64,000 nt of DNA from Candidatus Spyradenecus sp. (GTDB taxonomy: Bacteria > Verrucomicrobiota > Verrucomicrobiia > Opitutales > UBA953): the NCBI GenBank assembly GCA_045535075.1, contig JAZSKX010000018.1, forward strand, positions 128,001-192,000, read 5' to 3'. Below the pieces are notes generated by a model. The model had not been told where the DNA came from. It made no database searches and saw only the letters and a program-made list of their open reading frames with translations. A program made the position numbers and the translations under genes. This document shows positions 9,001 to 17,143 of this stretch, piece by piece. How positions within the stretch are numbered: the first letter of the stretch is position 1; each line of letters opens with the position of its first letter.

Positions 9001-11989
9001 GCAAGCCCGTCGTTCCCAAAGAAGCATCGATCGTTGCCGTTTTCCCGTCGGCGACCGTGAGTGCTGTTCCCGCCGCCAACGCCAAAGATGCCCCGCTGTC
9101 GGCAACTGCCGTAAACGTTACATTTTCATTAACGATAATTCCGCCCGGCTGAACCGCGCCTTCGACGGCAACGCTCGCTCCTGCGGTATTAAAGATAACC
9201 GTGTCGCCGTTTTCAAATTTCGGGGTCGCTCCGGTTTCCGTCGCAATTTGACTGCTCCAAAGCGTATCGCCCTGATATTTCCAAGTCGCGCCGTTTCCGC
9301 CGATCCAAGTCAAATCCGTGAAGACCGGCTTGGCGAGTTCGAGCTTCAGGACGTTCCCGTCCAAGACAAAGACCGCTCCGACGCGCTCTGTCGCCGCCAG
9401 CCCGCCGAAAAGCAGGTTGTTGCGGTTCATCGTATTGACATCCGTCGCCGTAATACCGTTGAGCGTCGCGCCTTCCGCCAGGATGTAGGTGATTTTTTCT
9501 GCACCGCCGAGAGCCGGAGACAAATCAAAAATCATTCCCTTGTCGAGAGTCAGCGTTCCCGTAGTCGTCAAAGCCGCCGTATCCGTCGAAAGCATTCCGA
9601 GCGAAAGAGTCGACCCGCTCGAAGCCGAAAGGGAAGGAAGGGTAAGTGAATCCAAAGCCTGAGCGTCCAAGGTTCCGGCAGAAAGAACGACGCCTCCCGT
9701 TCCCAGGGCGTTCGAGTTTCCGACAACCAACGTCCCGCCGGAAATTTCCGTTCCGCCGGTGTAGGTGTTATTACCCGAGAGCGTCAGCGTTCCCGCGCCC
9801 GTTTTAATGAGAGAACCTTCTCCGGAGATAATGCCGGAAAGAGAAACCTCTGAGCCGGTGTTCGCAGAAACAACCTTATTTTTGTCGTCAAATTTAAGTT
9901 TTCCGGTGTCAACAGTCGTCGCGCCTCCCAAGGTCAGATTCCTTGAAGAGCTCCATGCGTCGGCGAGAGAACCGATGGTCGCACTTCCCTTGAGTTCGAC
10001 AGAAAGAATATTGCTGTCGGAAATGCCTCCCGCTCCGACATTAATACGCCCGCCTTCGTGAACGTGAAGACGAACGACTCCTGTGTTGTTTCCCGAATCG
10101 GCAACCACTACGCCGGTATTGAAATTCGCTTCTCCGTAAACATTAATATCGCCGTTCCCGTCTTTATTGCTGATTCCGGCGTTCAACAAAGAAAGCGTCC
10201 CCCAAACGTTTACTGTTTGCGTTGCGCCCCAATGCCCTAATTGGAAAGAACCTTCGTTCCCGCCGGTGGAATTGGAACTTCCGGTAATAGTCAACGAACC
10301 GTCTTCACGAATATTCAACGTTCCCGCAGAGCTACCGCGCGACGTGCCGACATACTGCGTTCCTACGGCATCCCCCCAAATCTTTACCGTTCCGCCGGTT
10401 TGGAAAAGGCTGCCGAAAGTCGTCGAATCACCGCCGAAGGTTGTCGTATTTCCGACATAAACGGAAGTTGTTTCATCTCCGACGAAATTGCCTTCAAACG
10501 TTGTCGTTCCCTGTTCAAACGAAAACGACGCATCTTTAAGCAAGGTAAAATCATTTTCAAAGGTGAGATTCCCGCCACCGCGCTGTTTATTCACACCTTC
10601 TCCGTTGTAGTTAGTCATCGCTCCCTGCACTTCGAACAGTTGCGAGTACGAAACCGTTTCTCCGGTCCAAATATAAGTGCTCGCGAGAATAACTTTTTTA
10701 GTTCCTCCCAATTCGGAGTCTCTGGGAAGATTTGCATTCCCGGAGACCTGTAAGGTTCCTTCAAACCCGCTTCCCAACTTAATTCCGGCAGAATGGTTTG
10801 AAGGTTGCGCATTGAAGATGATTTTCCCCGTTCCCGTAATTGAGGAAACATCCGTTTTCGCCGAAGTCAAATTACCCAAGTTTATCGCGCCGTCTCCGTC
10901 AACCGACACCGAGCCGGTAAATTTTGCAAGCGACGACAAATCGGCTTTCAAGACACCTCCGGTTACGGAAACATTCCCGCTCGCCGAAACATTCCCGCTG
11001 ACGTTCCCGCCATTCGTAAACGTTAAATCGTTGCCGATGTTGAGTGTCGCCGAGCCTCCCGCCCGAATAACTCCCGGTCCGATAAGTGTAATTTTATTGC
11101 CGGACAGCGTTAGTGCGCCGCTCCCCGCGACTGTAATCGCATCCGTCGTAATCGCAGTTCCCGTAACATTAACCGCAGTGTCTGCCGACACATCAAACGC
11201 CGCATACGTTCCCGCTTCCGCAGTAGAATTCGTCCACGGAGTAGAGCCAATAGCCGTATCCGTCCAATTTGTCGCAGTCCCGCTAAGAGAAACGTTCGTT
11301 GCCGTTCCCGTATAGGTGTTGACGACCTGAATCCCGGAAAGCGTCGCACGATTCGATGTCGAACGCTCGTTTGTGAGAGAAACAAACCCGGAGACACCGG
11401 AAACCTTCAGGGCATTCGTCCCCAAAACTAAATTGTCGGAATAATCTCGACTTCCCCAAGCTCCGCTTCCTTCAACGGAACCGTTGGTTGCATCACCCTT
11501 ATAAAATGTCCCGTTTACGGAAACCGCACCGTATTTTCCGCCGTCCCCGGACAAATAAACGTAAACATCACAAACCAGGAATGTTGAATTAATATCAACG
11601 TTCCACGAACCAAGCCCCCAATTCGCCAAGTCATAGTACGAACCTTGAAGCGAACGGATTACCGTTCCGTTCGACCCGTATGGTCCCCAAGTTGCGAAGT
11701 CGCTTCGTGCGGTAACCGAAGCACCTTCAATCAGCGTCCCGTCGTAATTTTTAAGAGCGACTGTTTGTTGAGCGTTCCCGTTGACATTCGCCCAACCCGC
11801 TGCGCCAACCGCAGTCTGCACCCCGCCGTTATCGTAGGTCGCAAGCCCCGCCGTTCCCGTCATCGAATCCGTAATCGCATTTCCGGAATTCCCAAAATTG
11901 ATACTGATGATTTCTCCTGCGGCATGCGCAGTTGCCGTCATAGCGGCGGCGGCAAAAAGGGTCGTTAAGAAAAACTTGGGATTTTTCAT
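1..11989 (-). CDS. Giant secreted beta-helical autotransporter-passenger-like adhesin with PATR-type repeats (3' end outside window, about 4000 aa or more)
   Basis: ATG at 11989 gives MKNPKFFLTTLFAAAAMTATAHA (signal peptide). The same frame reads sensibly at position 1, and no minus-strand ORF in this frame terminates in the track. Repeated KxGxGTLxLSGxNxYxGGT motifs; rich in G/T/A/S. Confidence 0.88.
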   Translation of the reverse strand, partial: MKNPKFFLTTLFAAAAMTATAHAAGEIISINFGNSGNAITDSMTGTAGLATYDNGGVQTAVGAAGWANVNGNAQQTVALKNYDGTLIEGASVTARSDFATWGPYGSNGTVIRSLQGSYYDLANWGLGSWNVDINSTFLVCDVYVYLSGDGGKYGAVSVNGTFYKGDATNGSVEGSGAWGSRDYSDNLVLGTNALKVSGVSGFVSLTNERSTSNRATLSGIQVVNTYTGTATNVSLSGTATNWTDTAIGSTPWTNSTAEAGTYAAFDVSADTAVNVTGTAITTDAITVAGSGALTLSGNKITLIGPGVIRAGGSATLNIGNDLTFTNGGNVSGNVSASGNVSVTGGVLKADLSSLAKFTGSVSVDGDGAINLGNLTSAKTDVSSITGTGKIIFNAQPSNHSAGIKLGSGFEGTLQVSGNANLPRDSELGGTKKVILASTYIWTGETVSYSQLFEVQGAMTNYNGEGVNKQRGGGNLTFENDFTLLKDASFSFEQGTTTFEGNFVGDETTSVYVGNTTTFGGDSTTFGSLFQTGGTVKIWGDAVGTQYVGTSRGSSAGTLNIREDGSLTITGSSNSTGGNEGSFQLGHWGATQTVNVWGTLSLLNAGISNKDGNGDINVYGEANFNTGVVVADSGNNTGVVRLHVHEGGRINVGAGGISDSNILSVELKGSATIGSLADAWSSSRNLTLGGATTVDTGKLKFDDKNKVVSANTGSEVSLSGIISGEGSLIKTGAGTLTLSGNNTYTGGTEISGGTLVVGNSNALGTGGVVLSAGTLDAQALDSLTLPSLSASSGSTLSLGMLSTDTAALTTTGTLTLDKGMIFDLSPALGGAEKITYILAEGATLNGITATDVNTMNRNNLLFGGLAATERVGAVFVLDGNVLKLELAKPVFTDLTWIGGNGATWKYQGDTLWSSQIATETGATPKFENGDTVIFNTAGASVAVEGAVQPGGIIVNENVTFTAVADSGASLALAAGTALTVADGKTATIDASLGTTGLLKKAGTGTLELSGAAASLFSSAQITEGRVNLLSAESLKSAIMAEISEGATLGFSVSADQSVALPSMFSGSGTLEKIGAGTISLSGFGFDGTLQVSEGSLAVSGGTNTVGTLKISGGTANFSGGETTATNGITVENAELTLAAGGQSSVLRGTVTVNDGGLVRLTAGDATGWGGGATAITSLIVNEGGELRIETDATPSGGQNQTFTGGITLKGGKVTGTAGVSGENSKIDLYDSNQGITTLASDTTALISATIGLRKNGTFNVAKGTTADGVDLEVSGWLTNYGQIYTQQPDVQTALTKTGAGTMKLSGDNRYWIKGGTVAEGKLIAASATALGTGALAVESGATLEFSAGSGNFANALSGSGEIVVNSTGTITLSGENTLDGNISVSAGKLVAGSASALGTGTVSVASGATLGRGDASVSAGDLTLASGATLAFGSVFTGTAYSVAGTADLSSDIKFDFAANFSSGTYELISAGTLNLDTSALSESNLSFGGETSSRASAVFSVEDNKLVLDLVKKVYTDLIWQDSADAKWENRGATLWASQAAGGTTTFENGDSVTFGSANANVTVAGNIVVGSITATESATLSTGTAETSALTIDGKVTVDEGKTLTFDKTIATSGALAKEGAGTFVVAADATGVFDSVNIAEGAFGLSVADGTVTFAGTISGSGSFEKLGAGTLELSSAQNYSGGTLVSDGTLKITNKNALGSGLITVGNGAVLDLAVNMDGSTNKYILAGGMLSASVETGSGNAQIASGAGTIVLTADSSVGGTANFGMISSSYAANTLELGGNTLTKTGSNTFFLASTTITSGTIEVEEGVIQVVNTLKADGDVTFNIADSANLGFNGKNFEILENANVTIAGTFNSPATITVNKGAVLDLTQASRKENGGGSGSLVIAGGTVKMAKMNWGAGSNFGANFNSDRITLRDGGVLDVTAAQASGSESAGLTVNEGTYRYSGTGTSYINAGGGAINISKALTLDVVDKDAVLNIAKTISAIGSVKLTGAGTVLLSGNNNYSGGTILENGTLAVGSASAVGSGTLTLAGGNLTKADGVSDAIKLTGNVSVKASGSVKNLSFGGVEDGEGNVSGGVWYFTESVDTSFSGVALTDVSFSKTTIDVSGVDFDDDNLTMTLFTNYAGTAEDFIVSGGTGAGTISVDASKNVIFTAGENYLTLVWNPDATEPGNDKIWSASQFNGKDYSAAPTLRKYKFMATAADATETATIKGEVNAKRLNVLGNYTFTGLADDAGTAAKLVFAASSDDAGTLSGMGEVSVVKDATIAFEKTVATSGSIVKKGEGKLVVAADASEVLQTVQIQEGAFGLSVSEGETATYAGTVYDYGDGIFEKLGAGTLVLSGEKEWFEGTLLVSEGTLKLGKSSALGAATVSVVIGENGTLDLNGQTRDKNYGNYILAGGALINTGDEIGDGSKQLAGGMSLTADSSVGGTSNFGMVSSGWGANTLDLAGHTLTKTGSNTFFLCNTTVTPGTIKIDDGTVRFVNAVTAGGDLTFNTASSANLDFNGKDLKIVADANVAILGTFNNPGMITVGADATLDLTQASRKEDSGGNGTLVVNGGTVKIANMAWGAGSNFGANFNSDRIRLNANSVLEVTAAQSPETSARVGFTVNGGESTYRYSGAGTSYVVENETNQRIQLSGGTLAWDVVNADASLEVSKVIEGSGSVKLDSTGTVMLSGENTYSGGTTIARGTLKVGSDSALGTGTLTIAKDGVLETGAVESTAVNNVIAGTGTVNAKGDTTLGGVNTFSGKYAVTDKATLTVAGKLGSDSVVAEIAGGSALKYAPTANTTASGIVKLEKDTSLINASADDVITTLATTVSGDGNIRQVAGTMNIASASLGEFNGTFVLEGGTLAGLNLDTSTASVSASVSGGTMKNWTLDKATGTVAVTAADSVALEGTLALKAGTLSLESLHETAYFTGTASVEISDGFIFNFQNLSLQDTDDPNTKTASVQVFDSGLTLIGWDKVGFEDIRISGKEIDAHYNVDIGNSGDVTITLTSQTIIWNAGSTGTWDNQKMNWELSDGAGIAFADYDTVRFENNAEVEISGNLIPAEIVVADNVDLTLKGFGSVLGGTTTVGNGASFQLSVVAGAVPTFKNKVSGTGTFVLNNTIDASFSATLNGANTLSGSVGFEKLGAGTLAADASQNAYSGAVSLKEGKILVSETNALGTGTLSLSGGTLEVAAAKETSVVVNNVITGSTPDNAALTLSGEGTVTLTQANTYTGKTAVSGNAIAQNAKAFGESSVEVSGSVTLGGADAGFENDFSGNGRLSLAKSATLSGDVSELTGTLTVDSGATLKANSASNFAGTLELSGSATFEKVGSEKFTISEIIKGDSKSAITVSDGTLAVGGANAQSFAGTLTVNASKAFEKIGANTLTLSGALAGTGSISVKEGALSFGGLKDQSFAGTVSLEAGTTLEKVRSNTLTLSGKLSGAGSLKVAGGILELSTADDYALEATVSGAGTLKKSDIGKLTLATGTNVANIDLAGGTLGNVEIGNNAVALLKVSATGTTLDALTANGGTLDVSAAAVTLAGATELSGGTIVLGGKDAASLIVTGTTTITKSDALVFNLSDFTADDYPTHTSPNTLGETATVVYKVFDVNTGATLDGWTALDKGNFTIGSGAALSDRASLELGTNGSLSLTNEIYSLTWNASEGTWATGDGKSWKNNDSSKATDTAYMNSDRVTFASDATVSLGSNVAPTSLSVNDGADLTIAASDSYKITGAGTVTVGKDASLILNSAHDYTGATTLADGATVRLNLSANNASQFASDLVLAENATGTLLVDTQKFGATGFADLDTVFTGKVGDGVWSFEKLGEGTLTVASKMSAFTSEDFVNIAAGTLKLMEVDAIGSAKTTIAEGAVLEVASSKDATFMLAFSGLGDFRKSGGGTLTLAHSNAMFGGNALVAEGTLKLADAGALGDSRKSTTLEVIRNAQLDLAFGGSFGKELKGEGTVNYALADRLILTADSDEFVGTFSLKADNAVATARQATSFGN
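3900..7000 (-). repeat. Internal duplication in the giant ORF (about 3900-4960 vs about 5940-7000, offset about 2.0 kb)
   Basis: Near-identical DNA blocks, e.g. atgcgatccgaatt(g/a)aaattcgc(a/t)ccgaaattgga, ccttacgggaagcctg(t/c)gtcaaatcaag, gccgacggacgaatccgccgt. Confidence 0.85.
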
Positions 11990-12367
11990 AAGTAGAATTG
12001 AGTAACTTGGGTGATTGCAAAGAGTTTCTGAGCGCGGAATACACCGCATATTGGCGAATAGGATGCAAGCTTCTATGAAATTTCGCAATAAAATTTCGTT
12101 CCCGCGCGGGCAAACGGGAGAGTTCTCCGTCGCCGAAAGGTCTTTGGAATTAACTTCGATTAAACCGCTTTTGCTCGCTAACGCTCCGCCGAAAATCAAA
12201 ACACATGAATTCTCCAAAATTCCGCAAGCAAGTCGTTAGGCGCGTAGAAATTGAACGAATCGGAGTTAAAAAATCTTAAGAACTCAACGATTCGTCCCAA
12301 TCGAAGCTCTCGTTCGAGATTTTAATTTATTCTCCGGGCATTTTTTTGATATGCTCGGGTGTTTATT

Positions 12368-13519
12368 ATGATGTCTGCCGAGTCCAACACGCATTTCACC
12401 GTTTTGAAAACCGATCCCGCAAGCGCAGCGCGCCGTTGCGAACTGCGCACACGCCACGGGAACGTGCAAACGCCGGTTTTCATGCCCGTAGGGACGCAAG
12501 GCACGGTCAAATCGCTCACGCCCGCGCAAGTCAGAGAAACGGGCGCGCAAATCATTCTCGGCAACACTTATCACCTGAATTTACGCCCGGGACCGCAAAC
12601 CGTGCGCGCACTCGGAGGCTTGCACAAATTCATGGATTGGGACGGACCGATTCTGACGGATTCCGGCGGCTTCCAGGTTTTTTCCCTTTCCAAACTGAGA
12701 AAAATCACCGACGCGGGTATCACGTTCGCCTCGCACTTGGACGGGGCGCGCATCACGCTCACGCCGCGTAGCTGCCTCGACATTCAAAGCGCACTCGGTA
12801 GCGATATCGCGATGGTTTTGGATATTTGCCCGCCGTTCCCGGCGAAAAAACGCGACGTTGCCGACGCCAATCGCACAACTTTGCGCTGGGCAAACGAATT
12901 CCTCTGCCACGCGATTGACGATGGCTTCATCGCTGCCGGGCATCACGTTTTCGGCATCGTCCAAGGCGGGATTTACGACGACTTGCGCCGCGAATGCGCC
13001 GAAGCCCTTTCGCAAATGGATTTTCCCGGCTACGCCATCGGCGGCGTTTCCGTCGGCGAACCCGAGCCGGAAATGCTCCAGCAGGTTGCCTCGAGCACAC
13101 CGTTTCTCCCGCATTTTAAGCCGCGCTACGTCATGGGCGTGGGCACTCCGCCGCAACTTCTGAAAATGATTGCTCTCGGTGCGGACATGTTTGACTGCGT
13201 GATGCCCACGCGCCTCGCCCGCCACGGCACCGCGTTCACGCCGGACGGCACAATCAACATTAAAAACGAAAAATTCAAACTCGACGAATCTCCGCTCGTT
13301 GACGGTTTGGACAATTATACCTGCCGCCGTTTTTCGCGCGCGTATCTGCGCCATCTATACGTTTCCGGCGAAATGCTCTCGTCCGTGCTTTTGAGCATTC
13401 ACAACATTCATTTCTTCCAAGACCTGATGCGCCAAGCGCGGGAACACATCGAAGCGGGAGACTTCACGCCGTGGTCGCGCGAATGGATCGCCCGCTACGA
13501 AGCAGGGAAGAAAGGCTGA
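12368..13519 (+). CDS. tgt: tRNA-guanine transglycosylase
   Basis: TPVFMPVGTQGTVK, ILGNTYHL, LTDSGGFQVFSL, DMFDCVMPTR motifs. Confidence 0.96.
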   Translation: MMSAESNTHFTVLKTDPASAARRCELRTRHGNVQTPVFMPVGTQGTVKSLTPAQVRETGAQIILGNTYHLNLRPGPQTVRALGGLHKFMDWDGPILTDSGGFQVFSLSKLRKITDAGITFASHLDGARITLTPRSCLDIQSALGSDIAMVLDICPPFPAKKRDVADANRTTLRWANEFLCHAIDDGFIAAGHHVFGIVQGGIYDDLRRECAEALSQMDFPGYAIGGVSVGEPEPEMLQQVASSTPFLPHFKPRYVMGVGTPPQLLKMIALGADMFDCVMPTRLARHGTAFTPDGTINIKNEKFKLDESPLVDGLDNYTCRRFSRAYLRHLYVSGEMLSSVLLSIHNIHFFQDLMRQAREHIEAGDFTPWSREWIARYEAGKKG

Positions 13520-13559
13520 AGCTTAAAGAGGTTGCGAGATTATTTATACGAAAAATAAA

Positions 13560-13595
13560 AAAGCGTTCCCGCGAAATGAATCACGGGAACGCTTT
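13560..13595. terminator. Bidirectional intrinsic terminator built from an inverted motif pair
   Basis: aaagcgttcccg-N12-cgggaacgcttt between convergent tgt and the lipoprotein gene. Confidence 0.8.
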
Positions 13596-13615
13596 CAAAA
13601 AGGCTGAACGGGAAA

Positions 13616-14335
13616 TTATTCCTCGAAGACTTCTTCCTCTTCGACAACTTCTTCCTCTTCGGCGTACTCTTCTTCCTCGACAGCTTCCAAAGCATCTCCG
13701 GAATCTTGCGGTTTTGCTTTTTCTGCCGCAGCTGCAACCGCCGCAACGTCTTCCGGATCAATCCAAACCGTACAATCGATTTCGTCTCCCGGAACAAGCG
13801 TCGGAGCGCCTACCACTCCGTCCATTTCTTCTGCGACATAGCGTCCGCCTTCTTCCGCACTCACAATTTGAACGAGTGCGTGATCGCCGCTTTTGGAAAG
13901 AACAACCTTTTCGCCGACCTTAAACGCCGAAGCGGAGTCGAACTGAATGAGCGAGCAATCAACATTGTAAGCGACGACGCGCGCTTTTCCTTCTTCCGGC
14001 GTCGGGAGCGGTTCGCTATCCGCCTTTGTTGCTTCAATTGCTGCCAGTGCTCGTTCCTTATTGGCCTGACGAAGCGCAGGATAAGCTGCGAGCAACGGAC
14101 CATTCTCAGAAGCCGTTACCGCAGGAGCAGCAACCGCGGCTTCCTCGGCGGGAGCTACCGCCGGAGCCTCCGCAACCTCGGGAGCCTGAGTGTAACTTGC
14201 CGCCGGCTTCGCTTTTGCCTTAGAGACGGAAGAACCGGCAGACCACGGGCTTTTCGCGGAGCCGTCGCCGTTAGAAGCACAACCGGCGCAAACGAGAATT
14301 GAAACAGAAGCAAGAATGGCGAGAAGATTTCTCAT
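13616..14335 (-). CDS. Hypothetical lipoprotein with Ala/Pro-rich linker and acidic C-terminal tail
   Basis: MRNLLAILASVSILVCAGC lipobox-like signal; poly-Glu tail. Confidence 0.75.
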   Translation of the reverse strand: MRNLLAILASVSILVCAGCASNGDGSAKSPWSAGSSVSKAKAKPAASYTQAPEVAEAPAVAPAEEAAVAAPAVTASENGPLLAAYPALRQANKERALAAIEATKADSEPLPTPEEGKARVVAYNVDCSLIQFDSASAFKVGEKVVLSKSGDHALVQIVSAEEGGRYVAEEMDGVVGAPTLVPGDEIDCTVWIDPEDVAAVAAAAEKAKPQDSGDALEAVEEEEYAEEEEVVEEEEVFEE

Positions 14336-14518
14336 GATAGTTGTTAAAATTTCGGGTGTAATTTGGGATAAACTAGGAAATTCGAGACTGCAAAAGACGC
14401 AATTTCTGCGAAAAGAGTCGCATCGACCGTGTAAATTGTCAACTCATTTCTTGCGCCTTGACAAGATTCCGCCCGATGTAAATGCTTGGGAGCTTATTTT
14501 TTCACCGTAGTTATAAAA

Positions 14519-15403
14519 ATGGCAAACTCCACACCGCTTCTGATGCTCGGCATGCCCAAAGGCAGCCTCGAAGAATCCACGCTCGCCCTTTTCGCAAAGG
14601 CAGGCTATCCCGTCGTAAAAAGCTCCCGCTCGTATCGTCCGTCGTTTGACGATCCCGCGCTTGACGGTCGCTTTGTCCGCGCGCAGGAAATCGCCCGCTA
14701 CGTCGAGCACGGATTTTTTGACTGCGGCTTGACGGGCTACGATTGGGTTGTGGAAAACAACGCCGATGTCGTCGAAGTTTGCGACCTCGTCTATTCCCGC
14801 GCCTCGAATGTTCAAAGCCGCTGGGTTATCTGCGTTCCCGAAGCCTCCGAGATCAAAACAGTCAAGGACTTGCAAGGGAAACGCATCGCGACGGAACTCG
14901 TCGGCACGACGCGCCGCTTCCTCGAAAGCCACGGCGTTACCGCGCAGGTCGAATTTTCCTGGGGCGCGACGGAAGTCAAGGTTCCGGATTTGGCGGACGC
15001 GATTGTCGATTTGACCGAAACCGGAAGCTCCATCAAGGCGAACAAGCTCCGCATCGTCGATACGATTTTAAAAACCAACACCAAGCTCATTGCCAACAAG
15101 CAGGCTTGGGAAAATCCGGAAAAACGCGCCAAAATTGAATCCATCGCCATGATGCTTCAATCCGCGCTCACGGCAAAACACCTCGTCGGTTTGAAATTCA
15201 ACCTCCCGCGCGAAAAGCTCGACGAAGTCGTCGAAAAACTTCCCGCGATGCGCAATCCGACCATTTCGCCGCTCTCGAACGAAGCTTGGATCGCCGTTGA
15301 AACCATTATCGACAGCAAGCTCACGCGCGACATCATTCCCGCGCTCAAAGCCTGCAAAGCGGAAGGAATCATCGAATACCCGCTCAACAAGGTCGTTTAC
15401 TAA
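14519..15403 (+). CDS. hisG: ATP phosphoribosyltransferase (long form)
   Basis: GMPKGSL, RAQEI, WGATEVK, DAIVDLTETGSS, C-terminal PTISPL regulatory domain. Confidence 0.96.
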   Translation: MANSTPLLMLGMPKGSLEESTLALFAKAGYPVVKSSRSYRPSFDDPALDGRFVRAQEIARYVEHGFFDCGLTGYDWVVENNADVVEVCDLVYSRASNVQSRWVICVPEASEIKTVKDLQGKRIATELVGTTRRFLESHGVTAQVEFSWGATEVKVPDLADAIVDLTETGSSIKANKLRIVDTILKTNTKLIANKQAWENPEKRAKIESIAMMLQSALTAKHLVGLKFNLPREKLDEVVEKLPAMRNPTISPLSNEAWIAVETIIDSKLTRDIIPALKACKAEGIIEYPLNKVVY

Positions 15404-15473
15404 TAAAGACGGAAGGAATCGGAAACCGGCAAACGAGTGTTTCTTTCCTCTCCTCTTTAATTTTTAATCTAAA

Positions 15474-15517
15474 ACAAAAAAGCGTTCCCGCCGGCTTCGA
15501 CGGGAACGCTTTTTTGT
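15474..15517. terminator. Bidirectional terminator built from an inverted motif pair
   Basis: acaaaaaagcgttcccg-ccggcttcga-cgggaacgcttttttgt between convergent genes. Confidence 0.85.
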
Positions 15518-15536
15518 CTGCACTCGCGGGAACGCG

Positions 15537-16877
15537 TTAGGCAACACGCTCAACGACGAGGCTGATATCATTCGGGCGCTTCGGCGCGAGGCGATAAGCG
15601 CTACGGAAATATTCCATCGCCTTATCGAGATTGGATTCGTCGTTGTAGAGAATTTCCACAAGCGGCTCGCCCTGCTTGACCTGCGTCCCGACTTTTTTCA
15701 GATTGACCAACCCGACGGCAGGATCGTAGGAGCCGTCTTTACGGCGCGCCAGTTCCTGAACGCCGCGAGCAATCATCCCGGCATTAATCATGTGAACATA
15801 GCCGCGCTTCGCAGCAGGAAGTTTCTTCGAGTATTTAGCCTTCGGGAATTTTTCCGGATTATCGATCCAGTCCGGCTTTCCGCCCTGAGCGACAATCATA
15901 TCACGGAATTTCTTCAACGCAGACCCGTCCTTGAGCGCACGTTCAACCGACTGCTTTGCAGAAAGCGTCGATCCCGCGACACCGGCAAGGCGCACCATTT
16001 CCATTCCAAGCTTGAGAAGCAATTCCTTCAAATCTTCCGGACCTTCACCTTTAAGCAACTCGACAATTTCGAGCAGCTCCAAGCCCGTACCGACCGTGTT
16101 CCCGAGCGGCTGATTCGCATCCGTAACAAGCGCGACACAACGACGGGACATCCCGCGCGCGACGCGCGTGATCGTGCGTGCGAGCTGTTTTGCCTGTTCC
16201 AAATCCCGAATGTAGGAACCATTCCCCCATTTGACATCCACGACAAGACCTTCGCAACCTTCAGCAAATTTTTTGGAAAGGATGCTGCTCGTAATAAGCG
16301 GCAGGCTCGAAACCGTCGCCGTTTGCTGGCGCAAATCGCTGAGCATATCATCAATCGGAGCAATGTGTTTACTCTGCTCGACAACGGCACAACCGACACG
16401 GCGAAGCACCGTCTCATAGTCTTTCACCGAAAGATTCGCTTTGAATCCGGGAATCGCCTTCATCTTATCGACCGAGGTGATAATAAAATCTTCGTCCTTG
16501 GAAACCATGGTCGGAACAACAACTCCGCAAGCCGCAGAAAGCGCAGCAAGCGCAATCGTCGTCTTGTCCCCGACTCCGCCGGTCGAAACTTTTGACATTT
16601 TCGGATCCGTAATGCTGTTAAGTTCAACCGTGTCTCCGGAAAACATCATTTCCTCGGAAAGAGCCGACATTTCGTTTGCCGACATCGACTTAAAATAAAT
16701 TGCCATCAGGAGAGCGGCCTGCTGAGCCGTCGGCATCTGCTCATTGATAATCGCATCAACAATCGTCCGAATTTCATCACTTGTGAACTCACCGCCGTCT
16801 CGCTTCTTCTCAATGAGATATGCATAGGTAGAGCGCATATCTTTATCTTTCTTACTGTCCGTTTTTTTCTCTGCCAT
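15537..16877 (-). CDS. Thymidine/pyrimidine-nucleoside phosphorylase family protein with degenerate phosphate-binding site
   Basis: IEKKRDG, STGGVGDK, TATV..LPLITSSILSKK, VVDVKWGNG and the C-terminal KVG..VKQGEPL domain. KHST reads KVST and the SGRGLGHTGGT loop is replaced. Confidence 0.85.
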   Translation of the reverse strand: MAEKKTDSKKDKDMRSTYAYLIEKKRDGGEFTSDEIRTIVDAIINEQMPTAQQAALLMAIYFKSMSANEMSALSEEMMFSGDTVELNSITDPKMSKVSTGGVGDKTTIALAALSAACGVVVPTMVSKDEDFIITSVDKMKAIPGFKANLSVKDYETVLRRVGCAVVEQSKHIAPIDDMLSDLRQQTATVSSLPLITSSILSKKFAEGCEGLVVDVKWGNGSYIRDLEQAKQLARTITRVARGMSRRCVALVTDANQPLGNTVGTGLELLEIVELLKGEGPEDLKELLLKLGMEMVRLAGVAGSTLSAKQSVERALKDGSALKKFRDMIVAQGGKPDWIDNPEKFPKAKYSKKLPAAKRGYVHMINAGMIARGVQELARRKDGSYDPAVGLVNLKKVGTQVKQGEPLVEILYNDESNLDKAMEYFRSAYRLAPKRPNDISLVVERVA

Positions 16878-17143
16878 TTTGATATAGTATATTTTCTGTT
16901 GTTTACGGGTTAAAAGCCGATGTTAGCGAATAAGATTGCAGAAAAAATTAAAAAAGTCGAGAATAAAAAACTCGACAAGAAAGATTTTTAAGGATAAGAG
17001 CGAAAAAAAATCAACGCGCAACCCGAACGCTCCGCCAATCGCTTTACAGCCTCCGTAAAAGCACATTTTTTTGTTTGCGACAAACAGCAAAGAGAGGGAA
17101 AATCCAAGCCATCAGGAAACCAATTTTAACGCTAAATAAAACT

